The notes: generated by a model not told the origin, from the letters alone. 52,742 nucleotides of DNA from a virus (IMGVR_UViG_3300025141_000137:1-52742), one strand, 5' to 3'; positions 8,901-18,903 are shown, numbered from the stretch's first letter. Made by a program: numbers and translations.

Positions 8901-11900
8901 GTGCCCCCAGCCTGACCAGATCGCCCCAAACCTCCCCCGACACCTCGGCTGGCGCGTACTTTGGGTATGCCTTGATCAGAACGCTCTGTGCCTTCTGTGG
9001 ATCCCAGGTGAGAAGCTGCTCCTCACCCGGCCCCCAACGGCCAACGCGCTTGAATGAGGCAGCGATAGCCTTGCCCGCCACGATCTGAGCGCCTTTCTTG
9101 TAGACCGCCCCGATTGCATTGAGTTCATCCCAAGAGGTCGTGGCTCCTCTCCAGCCCCCGTACCGCTTCTTGATGTACTTGTTGTGCATGAGCATGGAGT
9201 CGATCACGGCCTGCATCGCAGCGACTGCCCGGGGCTTGAGCTCCTCGGCGTGCTTGATTTTCAGCCCGAGTCTGCCGACCTCTTTTATGCTCTTCTGAAG
9301 GTCAGCTATTGACTTGCTGGAGGCTCGCTCTGCCTTGGTAAGCCCCCTCTGGGCTTTGTTGTAGGCAGTCCTGGCCTTCCGGGCCTTCTTCTCAGCCGCA
9401 CGGGCTTCAACAAAGAACCCACGGATAAGGCCGCCCTTTTTGAGGTCCTCTTTTGCTGTTTCAAGCATGGCCCTTTGGAGCCCCAACTCCTCGATCTTCT
9501 TGCCGACCTCTAGGTCGAACCAATGCTCCGCGCTCTTCACACTACCGTGAGACGCAGTAATACGGGTCGTAAGCTCTGGGGAGACCCGCACCGCGCCTGT
9601 CTGTACTCTCCCGGCTACTCCTGCAACCTCAGCTTCCAGTTTGCCTACTTTCGTGCCTGCCTTAGCGATCTCCTTCCGTGCGTACAGGCTCGCCTGTAGC
9701 CGCAAGCTGCCACGGCTCGGGTCGAGGCCAGCCTCTTCGGCCCACTTAGGGAGGGGCCCCAAGTATTTGTCCACGATGCGTTGAGCATCCCCGATGAAGC
9801 CTGGACCATGGGGGGCGAACCCCGTCTCTCCGAACTTGAAGATGTTATTGACCCTGTCAAGACGCGCTTCGCCCCACCCGGCCGCCCGTGGGCCTGGAAT
9901 GTTGGGGTTGAAGCCGGCGGGATCTCTCTTGAGAGCCTTTATCTCTGCGCGAATCTCCGCCCGTAGGGCTTTCTGCTCAGCCTCGTAGCCCCGCCCTTGG
10001 GCTGGAGTCAGAGGGGCTTCGATTTCATCGGCCCTCGCCGCCCAGAGAGATTCTGTTTTCTTGGCTTCTTCGAGGGACTCTTCCAGGGCCTTGAGCCGCA
10101 GACCCACCGCCCCCTCCGGGGCTGCCTTGGGGGCCCCAATCTGCCTCAGGACGTTCGATGTCTCCCCCTCCGCTGTCAGGATGCGGACGATGACGTCCCC
10201 ATCCTCTCTGACCCGAGCCGCTGCAATGTGAGGGGCTCCCCCCACGGCTGGGATTTCCCCAGAGAGCTTGATCCCCCCCTGGACCATGGCTGCAATCTCA
10301 GGGATCTCCTCAAGAGCCTCAAAGTGTAGAGCGCGGGCCTTGTCGAGCGCGAGCTTGGCCTTCTGCCCCTTGATCTCCAACGCTATGATTTCCTGTTTGA
10401 TCCGCTTCAACTGCGCGTTGACCTTCCTCTGGGCCTTCTGCCCTGACGTGCCGATCTCTTCGAGGTCCTCGGCCTCTTTGAGGAACTCCAGCGCTTCATC
10501 GGCTTCGGACTTCCGAGCCAGGAGGGTCAGTTCCGCTTTCTCCAACTCCTTTGCGGCAACAGCTACATCATTCTCCCTCCGGAACTTATCCATCGTGGTG
10601 GCGTCTACCCCCTTGGGGTCGCCTCCCTTAGCCTCCGGGGCGTGCTTCCTGATGTAAGCCTCTTCCCTGGTCGCCCGGTCAAGTCTGAGAGCACCGAGTT
10701 CCTTGTTAGCGGCTTCGACCTTCCGCATGACTTCTGCAGAACGTGCTTCGATCTCTCCAGCAACCGCATGTTCAAAAGCCTGCCGAACCTCGGGGGCTTC
10801 TGAGTTACGCATCGTCCGCATGAACTCGCGCCCAGAGGCTTTGCCTGCCTCGTAGGCGTTGAGCCCTTCCTGCCCGATGGCCGCTTTCGCCCCCATGCGA
10901 GAAGTCTCGGCGTAGACCTTGCCGATCCGTGCGCCTGCACCAGCCACACCGAGGGAGAGGGAGATGGGGTCGGGCTCAATGAGGATGAGGGGAATGGCGA
11001 TGGATGCTCCAACCGACTTCCTCATCCAGAGCGGAGCCTTCCCATCCTCGTAGATGTAGTTGAGGTAGAGGTCTCCCAACTGGGGGAGTACCTGGAAGAT
11101 GTCTGCGCCCCGTCGGACCTCCTCGATTGTCCGCTCGTGCCCCCAACTCTCTCCCGTCCGGATCATTGCAGCGAGCCCGGTTGTGGGGGCAAGCCGCCCG
11201 AACTGCGACAGGGCACCCTCCATCTTGAGTTCGCCCGGGGTGAGAATCCCACCCTCAGTCCAGGTCACGGGTCGCATGACCGCAGCAAGAGGCCGAATCA
11301 CTGCCGGGAGCTCCATGATCTCAGCGGTAACGTCCGTACCGTAGGCGTCTACCCAGGGGACGCCCCGATAACGGTTCACAGCCTGGGCAAAAGCGGCGGT
11401 GGAAACGGACTCGGCCTCGGCTTCCAGCCAGCGCTTCTGGACGTCAGACGCTGTCCTCCACTCGATGCTGTGTACCCGAGCGAGATGCTGCACCGTCTCG
11501 CGGAAGAGCTTTTCCTTGTACCCCTTGTAGTCAATGCCCGTTCCGCCTCCGGCCAAGGCCACCAGGGGCAGCGCGGTGTCAACTCTCTTGATGACCGGGT
11601 GTGTGTAGGTCTGGTGCCAGATCCCCCTTTTCCTGGCTCCCTCGGCTGCAAGGACATGGCGGGCGGGCGTTGACGCCGCACGGACATACGTGCTCTCCCA
11701 GACCCTTCGGACGGCTTCCTCGTCGTCAATCTCCTCGGGCTTCAGGTAGCCCTGCCGGACAAGATCCTGCCGCCTCTCCTTGGAGGGCATCTCAAACTCA
11801 GCCGAGTAGAATGCCCGGATGTTTGCCCGCTGTGAGGGTTGTCGGAGAGCAAGACTGGCCTCCTGTGCCGCGCTCATCGGAGGCTCATGGGGCGAGACCT

Positions 11901-12084
11901 GTGCTCTCATAATCGGCGGTTCATAGAGGGGCTCAGCAGGCTCTGGCCTCGCCTTTGGAGTCTTGTATACGCGGTTGGGATCAGGCTCCCAGTTGAGGAA
12001 CTCCTCTGGGGACATGGCATAGGGAGTCCGTGACTCCTTGCGCTCAGGGGTTCCCTCTTCAGGGGTATCGACAGGCTCTGCCAC
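5977..12084 (-). CDS. Very large internal virion (DNA ejection-like) protein, 2035 aa
   Basis: Size, helical/coiled-coil composition, third of three genes of rising size after the tail genes as in podoviruses. Confidence 0.65.
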   Translation of the reverse strand: MAEPVDTPEEGTPERKESRTPYAMSPEEFLNWEPDPNRVYKTPKARPEPAEPLYEPPIMRAQVSPHEPPMSAAQEASLALRQPSQRANIRAFYSAEFEMPSKERRQDLVRQGYLKPEEIDDEEAVRRVWESTYVRAASTPARHVLAAEGARKRGIWHQTYTHPVIKRVDTALPLVALAGGGTGIDYKGYKEKLFRETVQHLARVHSIEWRTASDVQKRWLEAEAESVSTAAFAQAVNRYRGVPWVDAYGTDVTAEIMELPAVIRPLAAVMRPVTWTEGGILTPGELKMEGALSQFGRLAPTTGLAAMIRTGESWGHERTIEEVRRGADIFQVLPQLGDLYLNYIYEDGKAPLWMRKSVGASIAIPLILIEPDPISLSLGVAGAGARIGKVYAETSRMGAKAAIGQEGLNAYEAGKASGREFMRTMRNSEAPEVRQAFEHAVAGEIEARSAEVMRKVEAANKELGALRLDRATREEAYIRKHAPEAKGGDPKGVDATTMDKFRRENDVAVAAKELEKAELTLLARKSEADEALEFLKEAEDLEEIGTSGQKAQRKVNAQLKRIKQEIIALEIKGQKAKLALDKARALHFEALEEIPEIAAMVQGGIKLSGEIPAVGGAPHIAAARVREDGDVIVRILTAEGETSNVLRQIGAPKAAPEGAVGLRLKALEESLEEAKKTESLWAARADEIEAPLTPAQGRGYEAEQKALRAEIRAEIKALKRDPAGFNPNIPGPRAAGWGEARLDRVNNIFKFGETGFAPHGPGFIGDAQRIVDKYLGPLPKWAEEAGLDPSRGSLRLQASLYARKEIAKAGTKVGKLEAEVAGVAGRVQTGAVRVSPELTTRITASHGSVKSAEHWFDLEVGKKIEELGLQRAMLETAKEDLKKGGLIRGFFVEARAAEKKARKARTAYNKAQRGLTKAERASSKSIADLQKSIKEVGRLGLKIKHAEELKPRAVAAMQAVIDSMLMHNKYIKKRYGGWRGATTSWDELNAIGAVYKKGAQIVAGKAIAASFKRVGRWGPGEEQLLTWDPQKAQSVLIKAYPKYAPAEVSGEVWGDLVRLGAQDLTKAQAAQIQDIISNTVMVIETKRATEATRVVGAMIWGSWQDLGVASRGDRLQKVGAYIKQLRRKTDYVEANVGAVGEGMADGLRLFENTLDLAQKEVFEVTSRAKNPLQVLRDYIDKPLTEISLKEGKSLLQVLLKGELVWDAGLRGIASASYRDPAEVADFLFRATTKREGALKQVQNAVAEEGLVDIASIEKLVGDLTDEGLVHALSGLGEVNLMIKTLGYAWVATGTKAAPRSEALLRSFAIDLIKKGEGTFDDFTMEMKKRTLAVFGDVASDEDGVRKSAMAVLAGVAHDRLGTHVKQMAGGLITMDEGRQLNRVLSGETTHLGSEGLEAAARASVKMGLPFTEDVHRIVQNGQKIQRKLVEIGENVIVPKALMDAVEESYRGYVKDLTALARLPTDQPVLGIDFTSELISAWKVSTITGVAVPNVRYWTNNIVGDFSQMWAEVGVARSGLLSFQNVLTNFGAPGRRFQEVLLNAAEGLDKAGRKAGLPSVTEVFFNPALGRFFRGEDGFFVSKGNRVTQFSEARKWLTDDGILDTFVHEEVLKYLTSSRLVNSPFMETFKKAKGWQRSLSEQASIVQQRQRSAFYLDLIQRGATRAEAKKRTLSALYDWKHGLARKEMDLWIVRMIPFYRFWRLAMKQATGAAIEPFTRPAGEYMARALTGRTRLARARQQVAITSGLPDLFFGGDPDEAIGHAEQMDELYKRMYPRWMDSRAILGAAGASTAKRQWLRDNLGKEATHTAYILPPFTMLDSFAMANAGLTLMTWAYEKAAPWRDPSERPDEMDAMAFEPLLGMTFPPLEMAFRWVGDRMGLALSYSNRSDYRTLTPAEERILGRFEKSRALMIPDEDTGKMKIPVWAHLMMRTVPVLGTQAPYLAGGVATNPYMESGGSLLNPLTYVPKNRAAWEYAFRYYTRFGAEYHYDAPKQAEYELKALAEKMSRSPHREELAPEHTRLPEERRYPLPPDVK

Positions 12085-13689
12085 CTAAAACCTCCGCTTG
12101 CTCCTGGGCTTCGTCCGGCCCTCGCCCGCTGTGAGACTGTCGCTTGCGGCTTCCTCGGCTGCCTTGCGGGCAGCCGCTCTTTCGGCGTCTTCTGCGGCTA
12201 CCTCCGCCTTGCGCTTCTCCTCCCTCCTCACGCCTGCTCGCTCTTCAAGCTTTGCCGTCCTCGCCTTGCGCCGCTTGGTTCTCTCGGTCTCAACGGGGTC
12301 CAGAATCTCCGTTCTGCTTACCGGTGCTGGCTCTCTCATGCCTTCACGGAGGGCTTCGGCCCGCCGTACTTCCCAGACACTCCGGGTGGGGGCGTCCTTG
12401 AATATACTGCCCTCCCCCCAAGACCTTTTCAGGGCTTCGGCCCGCTCTTCTCGACTGGAGATCGCAGTCCCCGCAGCAAACTTGAGGGGCCCACCAGCCG
12501 TAGCCCCAGCGGCGACATTGACGAGGTGCTGCCTACGGGTCCTTGCCCCACTCCTTCGGGCAGACGTCTTCGCCTCCTTGAGCCAGACCTTGAAGGCTTG
12601 CTCTGGATTGCTGTACCCCTGTGCGTCCATCCACGCGATGAAGCGGGGGTCCTTGAAGATCGCTTCCCGAAGCTCACGAGACTCCGGAGTCCCCTTCTCC
12701 AAGTAGTCCAGCGTATCCATCAACTCGTCGTGGATCCGCTGCTCCTCTGCGGTCATGTCTCGGGGTTCGGCGTACTTCCCTGGGCCAATACCAAGGATTG
12801 ACTCAAGACGCTTGAGTTCTGCGGGGTCGCCCTCCCCTCTCAGGATCTTGTTGTACGCGCCATAGACCTGTTTTGAGAGCGCTGCGGCCTCGGGGCTAAC
12901 CCTGACCCAAGTAGCGTTGATCTCGGCCTGGAGCCTGACGATGTCTTCCTTCGCATCCACGGCCTCCCGCTCATGGATCTCCCCAACCTTGAGCCCATCC
13001 GTTATCGCCCGGTTGATTTCCTGGACCTTTTCGGGCTTGGTCTTGATTTCCCTAAGCGTTGCTTGAAGGTGCTCCCTGGACAGTCCGCTCCGATCCTCTA
13101 TTGCCCGCAGGAAAGCGTTGGTGCGAGTAGCCCCCACTGCGGGGTCCATCAAAGCATCGTATAGCGGATCGAGGAGGGCCCCATCAGTGTCGGCATTCGC
13201 CCCCCAAGCCTCTACGACGTCGTCTACTAACGTGCTGAACTTCGCCGCAGAGGCAGAGCCCCCACCGACGTAGGCTTCGTAGTCCTCTTCACTTATATAC
13301 GTTGAGCCAACAAGCTGCTTTTCCAAGCGGGCCTTATCTGCGGCGAGGCTCTTGAGCTTCTCCGTCTGAAGCCCCCCTTTGGCGGTGATTAGTGCCCGCT
13401 CCAGACCCTGAACATTGTCAAGGAGGGCAATGTTCTTGGCGCCGCCCTCGGTGAAGCCTCGGGTCCGAAGGCTCTCAAGCTCCTTGAGTGACTTCAGGGT
13501 CTCCGTCTTCATCTCAGCGCGGTCTGCCGGAGAGAGATCCCGGGTCCGCTCAGCGACTATCTTCATAATGTTCGGGTCTCCGCTCCGACCCGCCATTGCG
13601 CGGCTGAACCCCCGACGGAGTTCCAGATTACGGCGCGTCTGGTAGTCCTTGAAGAGCCCTTCGAGAGATTTGTCTGGTGCTTCAGCCAT
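12085..13689 (-). CDS. Putative internal virion protein
   Basis: Helical, charged; synteny. Confidence 0.55.
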   Translation of the reverse strand: MAEAPDKSLEGLFKDYQTRRNLELRRGFSRAMAGRSGDPNIMKIVAERTRDLSPADRAEMKTETLKSLKELESLRTRGFTEGGAKNIALLDNVQGLERALITAKGGLQTEKLKSLAADKARLEKQLVGSTYISEEDYEAYVGGGSASAAKFSTLVDDVVEAWGANADTDGALLDPLYDALMDPAVGATRTNAFLRAIEDRSGLSREHLQATLREIKTKPEKVQEINRAITDGLKVGEIHEREAVDAKEDIVRLQAEINATWVRVSPEAAALSKQVYGAYNKILRGEGDPAELKRLESILGIGPGKYAEPRDMTAEEQRIHDELMDTLDYLEKGTPESRELREAIFKDPRFIAWMDAQGYSNPEQAFKVWLKEAKTSARRSGARTRRQHLVNVAAGATAGGPLKFAAGTAISSREERAEALKRSWGEGSIFKDAPTRSVWEVRRAEALREGMREPAPVSRTEILDPVETERTKRRKARTAKLEERAGVRREEKRKAEVAAEDAERAAARKAAEEAASDSLTAGEGRTKPRSKRRF

Positions 13690-13698
13690 TGGGAGCCC

Positions 13699-14202
13699 CT
13701 ACAGAGTCATCATGGAAAAGATGCTTGCGATATTCTCTGCCCGTTTGTTGTGCGACTCGTTCATATAGCGCCGACGATCAATGTTGATGTCCTGCTGCCG
13801 CTCCAGTCTCTGGAGAATCTCCGACCTCCGAGCCTCGGCCTGCTCACGAGAGACCCGGTCTGCTTCAGACCGTGCTGCGGCTCCCGCCTCACCAGCCTCC
13901 GCTCCGAGTTCCCGAGCAGTCTCAGCATAGCGCCCTGAGTAGCCGCCTCCCGAGGCCATCTGCTGTCGGTTTAGCTCCTCCTGCTGAGCCTGAGCCTGCT
14001 GAGCAGCAGCCGCCTGCTGAGCCTGGGCCATCTGATCCTTCTCGGCCTCCGACAGGCCAAGATCGCCCTCCTTCAGAGCTTGAACGTCTTGGTAGAGGAG
14101 CTTGTTGGCTTCGACCCCCGCAAAAGATCCCGTGCCCTGGGAGGCACCGCTCCCCAAGAGGGCATCTCGCACGGGCTTTTCGCCGCCGCCTATAGTCGCC
14201 AT
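13699..14202 (-). CDS. Putative small internal virion/pilot protein
   Basis: Q/A/G-rich helical composition; synteny. Confidence 0.55.
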   Translation of the reverse strand: MATIGGGEKPVRDALLGSGASQGTGSFAGVEANKLLYQDVQALKEGDLGLSEAEKDQMAQAQQAAAAQQAQAQQEELNRQQMASGGGYSGRYAETARELGAEAGEAGAAARSEADRVSREQAEARRSEILQRLERQQDINIDRRRYMNESHNKRAENIASIFSMMTL

Positions 14203-14211
14203 GGAAGATCC

Positions 14212-14946
14212 CTACTTGAAGTAGACGAAGTCGATGCCCTTGCAGTGGGCCCGAGCAATAGAGGTCGTGGTCGCAATCCGGAGGCTTAGTCTATGCCATC
14301 CCTTGGTCATGTTGGTACCGTCATCCCAAAAGTGCCCTGCCCAGGTGCGATCCCAGGCTTTTCCATTGCGGTCTCCTCCAGAGCCCGAGGCGACGGAGGG
14401 GCCGGCTGGGGAGAGGGTTCGGACTTGGTTAGCTGCTGCAACCCCATCCCGGTAGAGCTTCAAGACAGTGTAGTCCTTGGAACCATGCGTGATGACGCCT
14501 GTGTGTGAGACGAAGATTCGCCACGTAGCAATGAACACCTCAGGCGTGTAGGGCAGGTAGAAGGCAATCGAAGCCCCCGGGATTGCCCGGTAGAACTGCG
14601 TCTTATCTGCAGCCCCGGTGTTGTCCCAGTCTCCATGGGAGAAGCCCTCAGAACTGGTGGTCTCCACATCCTGGCTACCAAAGTAGTCCAGGGACAGTGT
14701 TGACCCGACAGCCTTCCCCCCAGAGAGAGCCCCATGGCCCCCCTGGTGTGGTTGCACCATGGTCCGGTTGATTGTCCAGACCGCAGATGTGTCTCGGTTG
14801 GCGTGCTGAAGCTGCCCGTTGATGACCTCTAGAGAGTCCGGCGTCGTGTTGGGGCTGTAGAAGTTCTCAGCAATGTTCTCGCCCGAGACCGTGTTGGTGT
14901 CCTGGACCGTGGTTGCTGCTCGGTGTGGGAGAGTGATGGTTGGCAT
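14212..14946 (-). CDS. Tail protein (one of three related genes)
   Basis: ENFY and NGQLQHAN N-terminal segments, beta-rich C-terminus. Confidence 0.55.
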   Translation of the reverse strand: MPTITLPHRAATTVQDTNTVSGENIAENFYSPNTTPDSLEVINGQLQHANRDTSAVWTINRTMVQPHQGGHGALSGGKAVGSTLSLDYFGSQDVETTSSEGFSHGDWDNTGAADKTQFYRAIPGASIAFYLPYTPEVFIATWRIFVSHTGVITHGSKDYTVLKLYRDGVAAANQVRTLSPAGPSVASGSGGDRNGKAWDRTWAGHFWDDGTNMTKGWHRLSLRIATTTSIARAHCKGIDFVYFK

Positions 14947-14954
14947 GGGGCCTC

Positions 14955-15668
14955 CTACGACTTCTCAGAGCGAAGGACAAGGGCGGTGATGTGGCACTGG
15001 TAGAGTGTCGCTGTGACATTTGTGACCAGTGCGCCACCCGTATCCTCTCGCGCAATCGCCTGAACTCGCACCTTTGTGACCGGGTGGCTCGTTGCGACGT
15101 CAGCCTTGGTGATCAACGTCCAGAGATTGACATTGATGAACTGGTTTTTGAGGTTCACCCCATCCGAGCCCAAGGCTCGTGCGTTGACGGTCCGGATCGT
15201 CCGGTCCACTGTTACCCAGGACGAGTTGTACTCAATCTGAATCCGAAAGTCTGCTACAGCGTCGTCTGCTCCGGTGTGGGTTGCAGCCGCTCCCGAGATC
15301 CGCTGTAGATTGATGTCTACGAGGACGAGGATCCCACCGATTGGCCCTGCATTTGCGAGCGTGTGCCCAGCACTGAAATCCAAAGAGAGGTCTTCTGCTG
15401 GACTCCCCAAACCCCCAGTGTCTCCATTGTTATCAATCGTAGTCCAACCCGAGGCTTCCTGGTAGGAATGGGTCGGAGCTCCCGTAATCCATCGGTGGAG
15501 GTGCTGAACGACCATCGACGGCAGATGGTTCTCGTTGAAACACATCTGCTGTACGGACTCGGCCATGAGCGCGTTTACGGCTGCAGTGACTCCCGTAAAG
15601 CGGTCATTTACTGAGGCAGCGTCGAGGGCTGTGGTCTCAGTCAGCGGGTCATAGGTGACGTCAGCCAT
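14955..15668 (-). CDS. Tail protein (one of three related genes)
   Basis: DAASVNDRF collar-like N-terminus. Confidence 0.55.
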   Translation of the reverse strand: MADVTYDPLTETTALDAASVNDRFTGVTAAVNALMAESVQQMCFNENHLPSMVVQHLHRWITGAPTHSYQEASGWTTIDNNGDTGGLGSPAEDLSLDFSAGHTLANAGPIGGILVLVDINLQRISGAAATHTGADDAVADFRIQIEYNSSWVTVDRTIRTVNARALGSDGVNLKNQFINVNLWTLITKADVATSHPVTKVRVQAIAREDTGGALVTNVTATLYQCHITALVLRSEKS

Positions 15669-15670
15669 GG

Positions 15671-16342
15671 CTACCTCCGCATCTCTAAACAGACGATTTC
15701 ACGAGACCCAATATAGGCACTGGCTGTATCGTGCTTGACGGCTGTACGTGTCACCAACTCGACAGTCTGCTCTCCCGCAGGGGCTGCGATGACGATAGAC
15801 GTGGCCTGTGGCCAAACGCCATAGCCCAGCCCGGGTGTGGCGTAGTTTCCAGACTCCCCGCACCCAAGCATTGACTCTTCAAGGATCGAGCCGTTGATCC
15901 TCAGGGCAAAGAATGGGAGAGCATTGCTATTTACTTCGGGGGGAGACCCGGAAGTTTTCTGGTCTTCCGGTCGAAGCTGCCACGAGGCAAGGATCCAAAG
16001 AAGTCCTCCTCCAGAGGAGAAGGTCATGGACGCCCCCGTCACCTTGCGCCATTGAGGGTCGGGGACGATCTCAAACCAGTTACCGGTATCATTAGGTAGG
16101 TGCCCGGTGCTGTGGCCGTCCGTATTCGAGTCCACCGCCTGAGTGACTGAGGCGCTGTGCCAGACGAAGATGTCGTCAGCCATGTGACTGATGGTCAGCC
16201 CGTTGGAGGCGGATTCGTCCCAGTTGTGCTCGTTGAGGCGCCCGCCCACCTCCTCCACGTACTCGTAGAAGTTCCTGTTCAGGTCGTCAATGTCGGGGGT
16301 CCGCGTGACGAGCAGCGGGTATTTGGGAAAGCGCCAAGCCAT
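15671..16342 (-). CDS. Tail protein (one of three related genes)
   Basis: DIDDLNRNFY and GRLNEHN N-terminal segments. Confidence 0.55.
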   Translation of the reverse strand: MAWRFPKYPLLVTRTPDIDDLNRNFYEYVEEVGGRLNEHNWDESASNGLTISHMADDIFVWHSASVTQAVDSNTDGHSTGHLPNDTGNWFEIVPDPQWRKVTGASMTFSSGGGLLWILASWQLRPEDQKTSGSPPEVNSNALPFFALRINGSILEESMLGCGESGNYATPGLGYGVWPQATSIVIAAPAGEQTVELVTRTAVKHDTASAYIGSREIVCLEMRR

Positions 16343-18577
16343 TTACTTCTCGATCCTCATGGTATCTCCCCGAGGAACCTCCTCGAAGGAGAGCCCGATG
16401 AACTCCCAGGCTCCGTTGTGGATGATCCGGAGCTTGAAGACCTCAGCGGAGGGTACAAAGATGCTACCCCGAATCCAATAAGGCCGCCGCCTGGGCCAGT
16501 TTACCCCAGTAGTCCCGTAGGTTGTGGTCCCAAAGAAGGGGGGGATGTCGTTGGTGGGGTGAAGTTGCACGGTCATGGTCTGAGGAGATGCGCTGATACG
16601 CCAGTCTCTGTGGACTTCTACCGAGAAGACTCCCGCCTCAGTTTCTCGCATCCAGAAGAAGACCTCCATGGGAGACCCTCGCTGCTTGGACCGCGCCGTC
16701 CGGAACCAAGACGTCTCGATGACGGCATTCCTGGCAGCGGGAGTCCAGGTGTGGACGCGGTGGTCGAGGAGCCACACGCTCTCGATGGTGGAATCGCTTC
16801 CAGCCCCCGTTGTTCTGCCCGTGGCCCGACCTCCTATGACAACGTAGCGTCGGTGATCGTCTGTGACACAGGCCCCCGCCACATCAGTCATGTCCTCTCT
16901 CTGTCGCCAACCAACGCCAGCCTCGTACTCCCAGCAGATGTCGTTTCTGGTAGCCCCCTTCCAAGCTACCCAGCAGAGGTAGTTCTGAGTTTTGGGGTCT
17001 ACGACAGCCGCTGCTTGCAACAGCCGGGCTTGGTTGAAGTCCCGGACGTAGCGGCTGATCTCCTCGGAGATCACTGAAATCTCTCCATTCTTGTAGGAGC
17101 AGAAGCCCTCCCGAGAGAGCCAGACAGTCTCGCCCGTGGTGAGCGTCTTGATGGAACTGGGCGCGGCACAGCCCAGAGTGGCGTGCAGCGTTGAGGTCCG
17201 GAATGCAGCCTGCTCGATGTCCTTCTGCTCCAGAATAAAAGTGCTGGAGGCCGTAAAGACGAGGAGGCCCCCAACAACTGGGTGCATCCCTGTAATCTCG
17301 GCGCCCTGCGGATCGGGGTACGCAAAGTCATCGGCTCGAAAGGTGCCCCAAAATCCTGGGATCGTCCACCGGACCAGCCCGGGGTCATCGTGGTAGTTGG
17401 CAGCGAAGCCGTGCCCGAAGGCAGTCTTGTAGAGCTTGAAGGGCGCCACCGGGATGATGTCCTGCCCTTCCTTGAGAAGCCAGGAGTCAGGCACATTATC
17501 TGGGAAGAAATCCGTGTCGTTATCTGGCAGGCTTGCAAAGGCGAGGGAGCCCCCCATAGCGTTGGGCGGGATCTCAAAGAGAGCCTCCGTCCCCGCATGG
17601 AGTTGATCCTTGGTCCTCAGTAGGATCCGGCCAACAGTCCCGTCCGGCCCAGGCTCAATCCCAGTCCACGCTACCTCTTTGAGAAGCTCCTCCACCCCCA
17701 CGATCTGCGTGGCCGATGTGACATCGGTGACCCGAAGTTTCTCCTGGAGAAACATGACGCTATTCGAGCGTCCTGAGGGCGGAGAGAGATTTCCCCAACG
17801 GTCAATCCACTGCACCGCTGCTTGGTAGCGCCCCCGCATGAGCGTACCTATGACTTCTGGGGGGGTGGAACCCGATGTCTGGTTGGCAGTGAGGCCCTCT
17901 GTGGTCACACTCCCGAGGCGCCCTCTTCCAAAGTCCCCCCAGATACAGGCGCCATCGTGGTGGTAGCCATCACTGTTGACATCCCCAGTTCGGGTGGTCT
18001 CCGGCCCCCAGCCTACGGGGGCTGAGGGAGAGCGGTCGTAGCCCAGAGGGAGGGCAACGACCCCGTCGTAAAAGTAGGGACGACTGTTGGCCCCTCTGGG
18101 AATGATGACGATGCCAGCCGGAGTTTTCTCAAACTGGGCAGGAAAGCGGGGTCGAGAGTCTGCCTCGAAGTTTGCTGGGACCTGAATCGCTGAGCCCCCT
18201 GTGGTAGATGTGCGGCCAATGATGGGCTCCCACACGTCCTCAGCAGTCCCCGTTGGAGTAGTTGCTGGGGTGAGACCGGCCTTCCAACCCCGAAACACTC
18301 GGATGTTGTTGCCCCACTGAGTGATGAGCACCTCCTTCCCATTCCCGAAAGTGAAGTGCCCGATGCCATGGAGCTTCGCTGCAGAGGCGTCGAAAGGGTA
18401 GCCATCCCCAAAATCTGGGACGTAGGGGCACGGCCCCCAGACAGACCGGAGAGTCCCCTCCTCTGTTGGGTGGAGGTTGCTTAGCTCTGCCCCCAGATCG
18501 CTGGGCATGAAGAGCTTGCCGGATTCAGCCCGGATGTACGCGGGGCCATGGAGGGTACGATACTTAGTATCCGCCAT
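16343..18577 (-). CDS. Tail nozzle / DNA stabilisation protein (P22 gp10 / T7 gp12-like)
   Basis: 744 aa; beta-propeller-like segments EITG..LLVFT, LGCAAPSSI, VWLSREG, ISEEI; follows adaptor. Confidence 0.75.
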   Translation of the reverse strand: MADTKYRTLHGPAYIRAESGKLFMPSDLGAELSNLHPTEEGTLRSVWGPCPYVPDFGDGYPFDASAAKLHGIGHFTFGNGKEVLITQWGNNIRVFRGWKAGLTPATTPTGTAEDVWEPIIGRTSTTGGSAIQVPANFEADSRPRFPAQFEKTPAGIVIIPRGANSRPYFYDGVVALPLGYDRSPSAPVGWGPETTRTGDVNSDGYHHDGACIWGDFGRGRLGSVTTEGLTANQTSGSTPPEVIGTLMRGRYQAAVQWIDRWGNLSPPSGRSNSVMFLQEKLRVTDVTSATQIVGVEELLKEVAWTGIEPGPDGTVGRILLRTKDQLHAGTEALFEIPPNAMGGSLAFASLPDNDTDFFPDNVPDSWLLKEGQDIIPVAPFKLYKTAFGHGFAANYHDDPGLVRWTIPGFWGTFRADDFAYPDPQGAEITGMHPVVGGLLVFTASSTFILEQKDIEQAAFRTSTLHATLGCAAPSSIKTLTTGETVWLSREGFCSYKNGEISVISEEISRYVRDFNQARLLQAAAVVDPKTQNYLCWVAWKGATRNDICWEYEAGVGWRQREDMTDVAGACVTDDHRRYVVIGGRATGRTTGAGSDSTIESVWLLDHRVHTWTPAARNAVIETSWFRTARSKQRGSPMEVFFWMRETEAGVFSVEVHRDWRISASPQTMTVQLHPTNDIPPFFGTTTYGTTGVNWPRRRPYWIRGSIFVPSAEVFKLRIIHNGAWEFIGLSFEEVPRGDTMRIEK

Positions 18578-18585
18578 CTCTCACC

Positions 18586-18903
18586 TCAAACGCGGCGAGA
18601 GGCCCTCGTGGTCCGCTTCTTGGGTTCAGCCTTCCCCTTGGGGACAGCTTGAAGGACCTTCAGAGCCGCCTGGATTTCCCGTGGGTTGTAGACGAGTTCC
18701 CAAGAGGCAAGCTGCTCGCCGCCCTCCGTGAAGATTTCATCGGCGTACCCGAATCGCTTGAAGATGCCTCGACGGATGCCGTGGTCGTCAACGGCAGCTA
18801 CACAGGTAGCCTCTTCAGTGACTTCCTCGTAGCGCTTCCTACGATACACAGCCCCGACAACGATGGGGGCAAAAGGAGTGGCAGTATCAGGGGGGATCGG
18901 CAT
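18586..18903 (-). CDS. Hypothetical protein
   Basis: Fills gap in operon; GGAG RBS. Confidence 0.7.
   Translation of the reverse strand: MPIPPDTATPFAPIVVGAVYRRKRYEEVTEEATCVAAVDDHGIRRGIFKRFGYADEIFTEGGEQLASWELVYNPREIQAALKVLQAVPKGKAEPKKRTTRASRRV

Noticed and set aside
6121-11912. Long plus-strand ORFs opposite structural genes (e.g. 6799-7932)
   Set aside because: Antisense shadows expected from GC3-biased coding; no RBS or motifs
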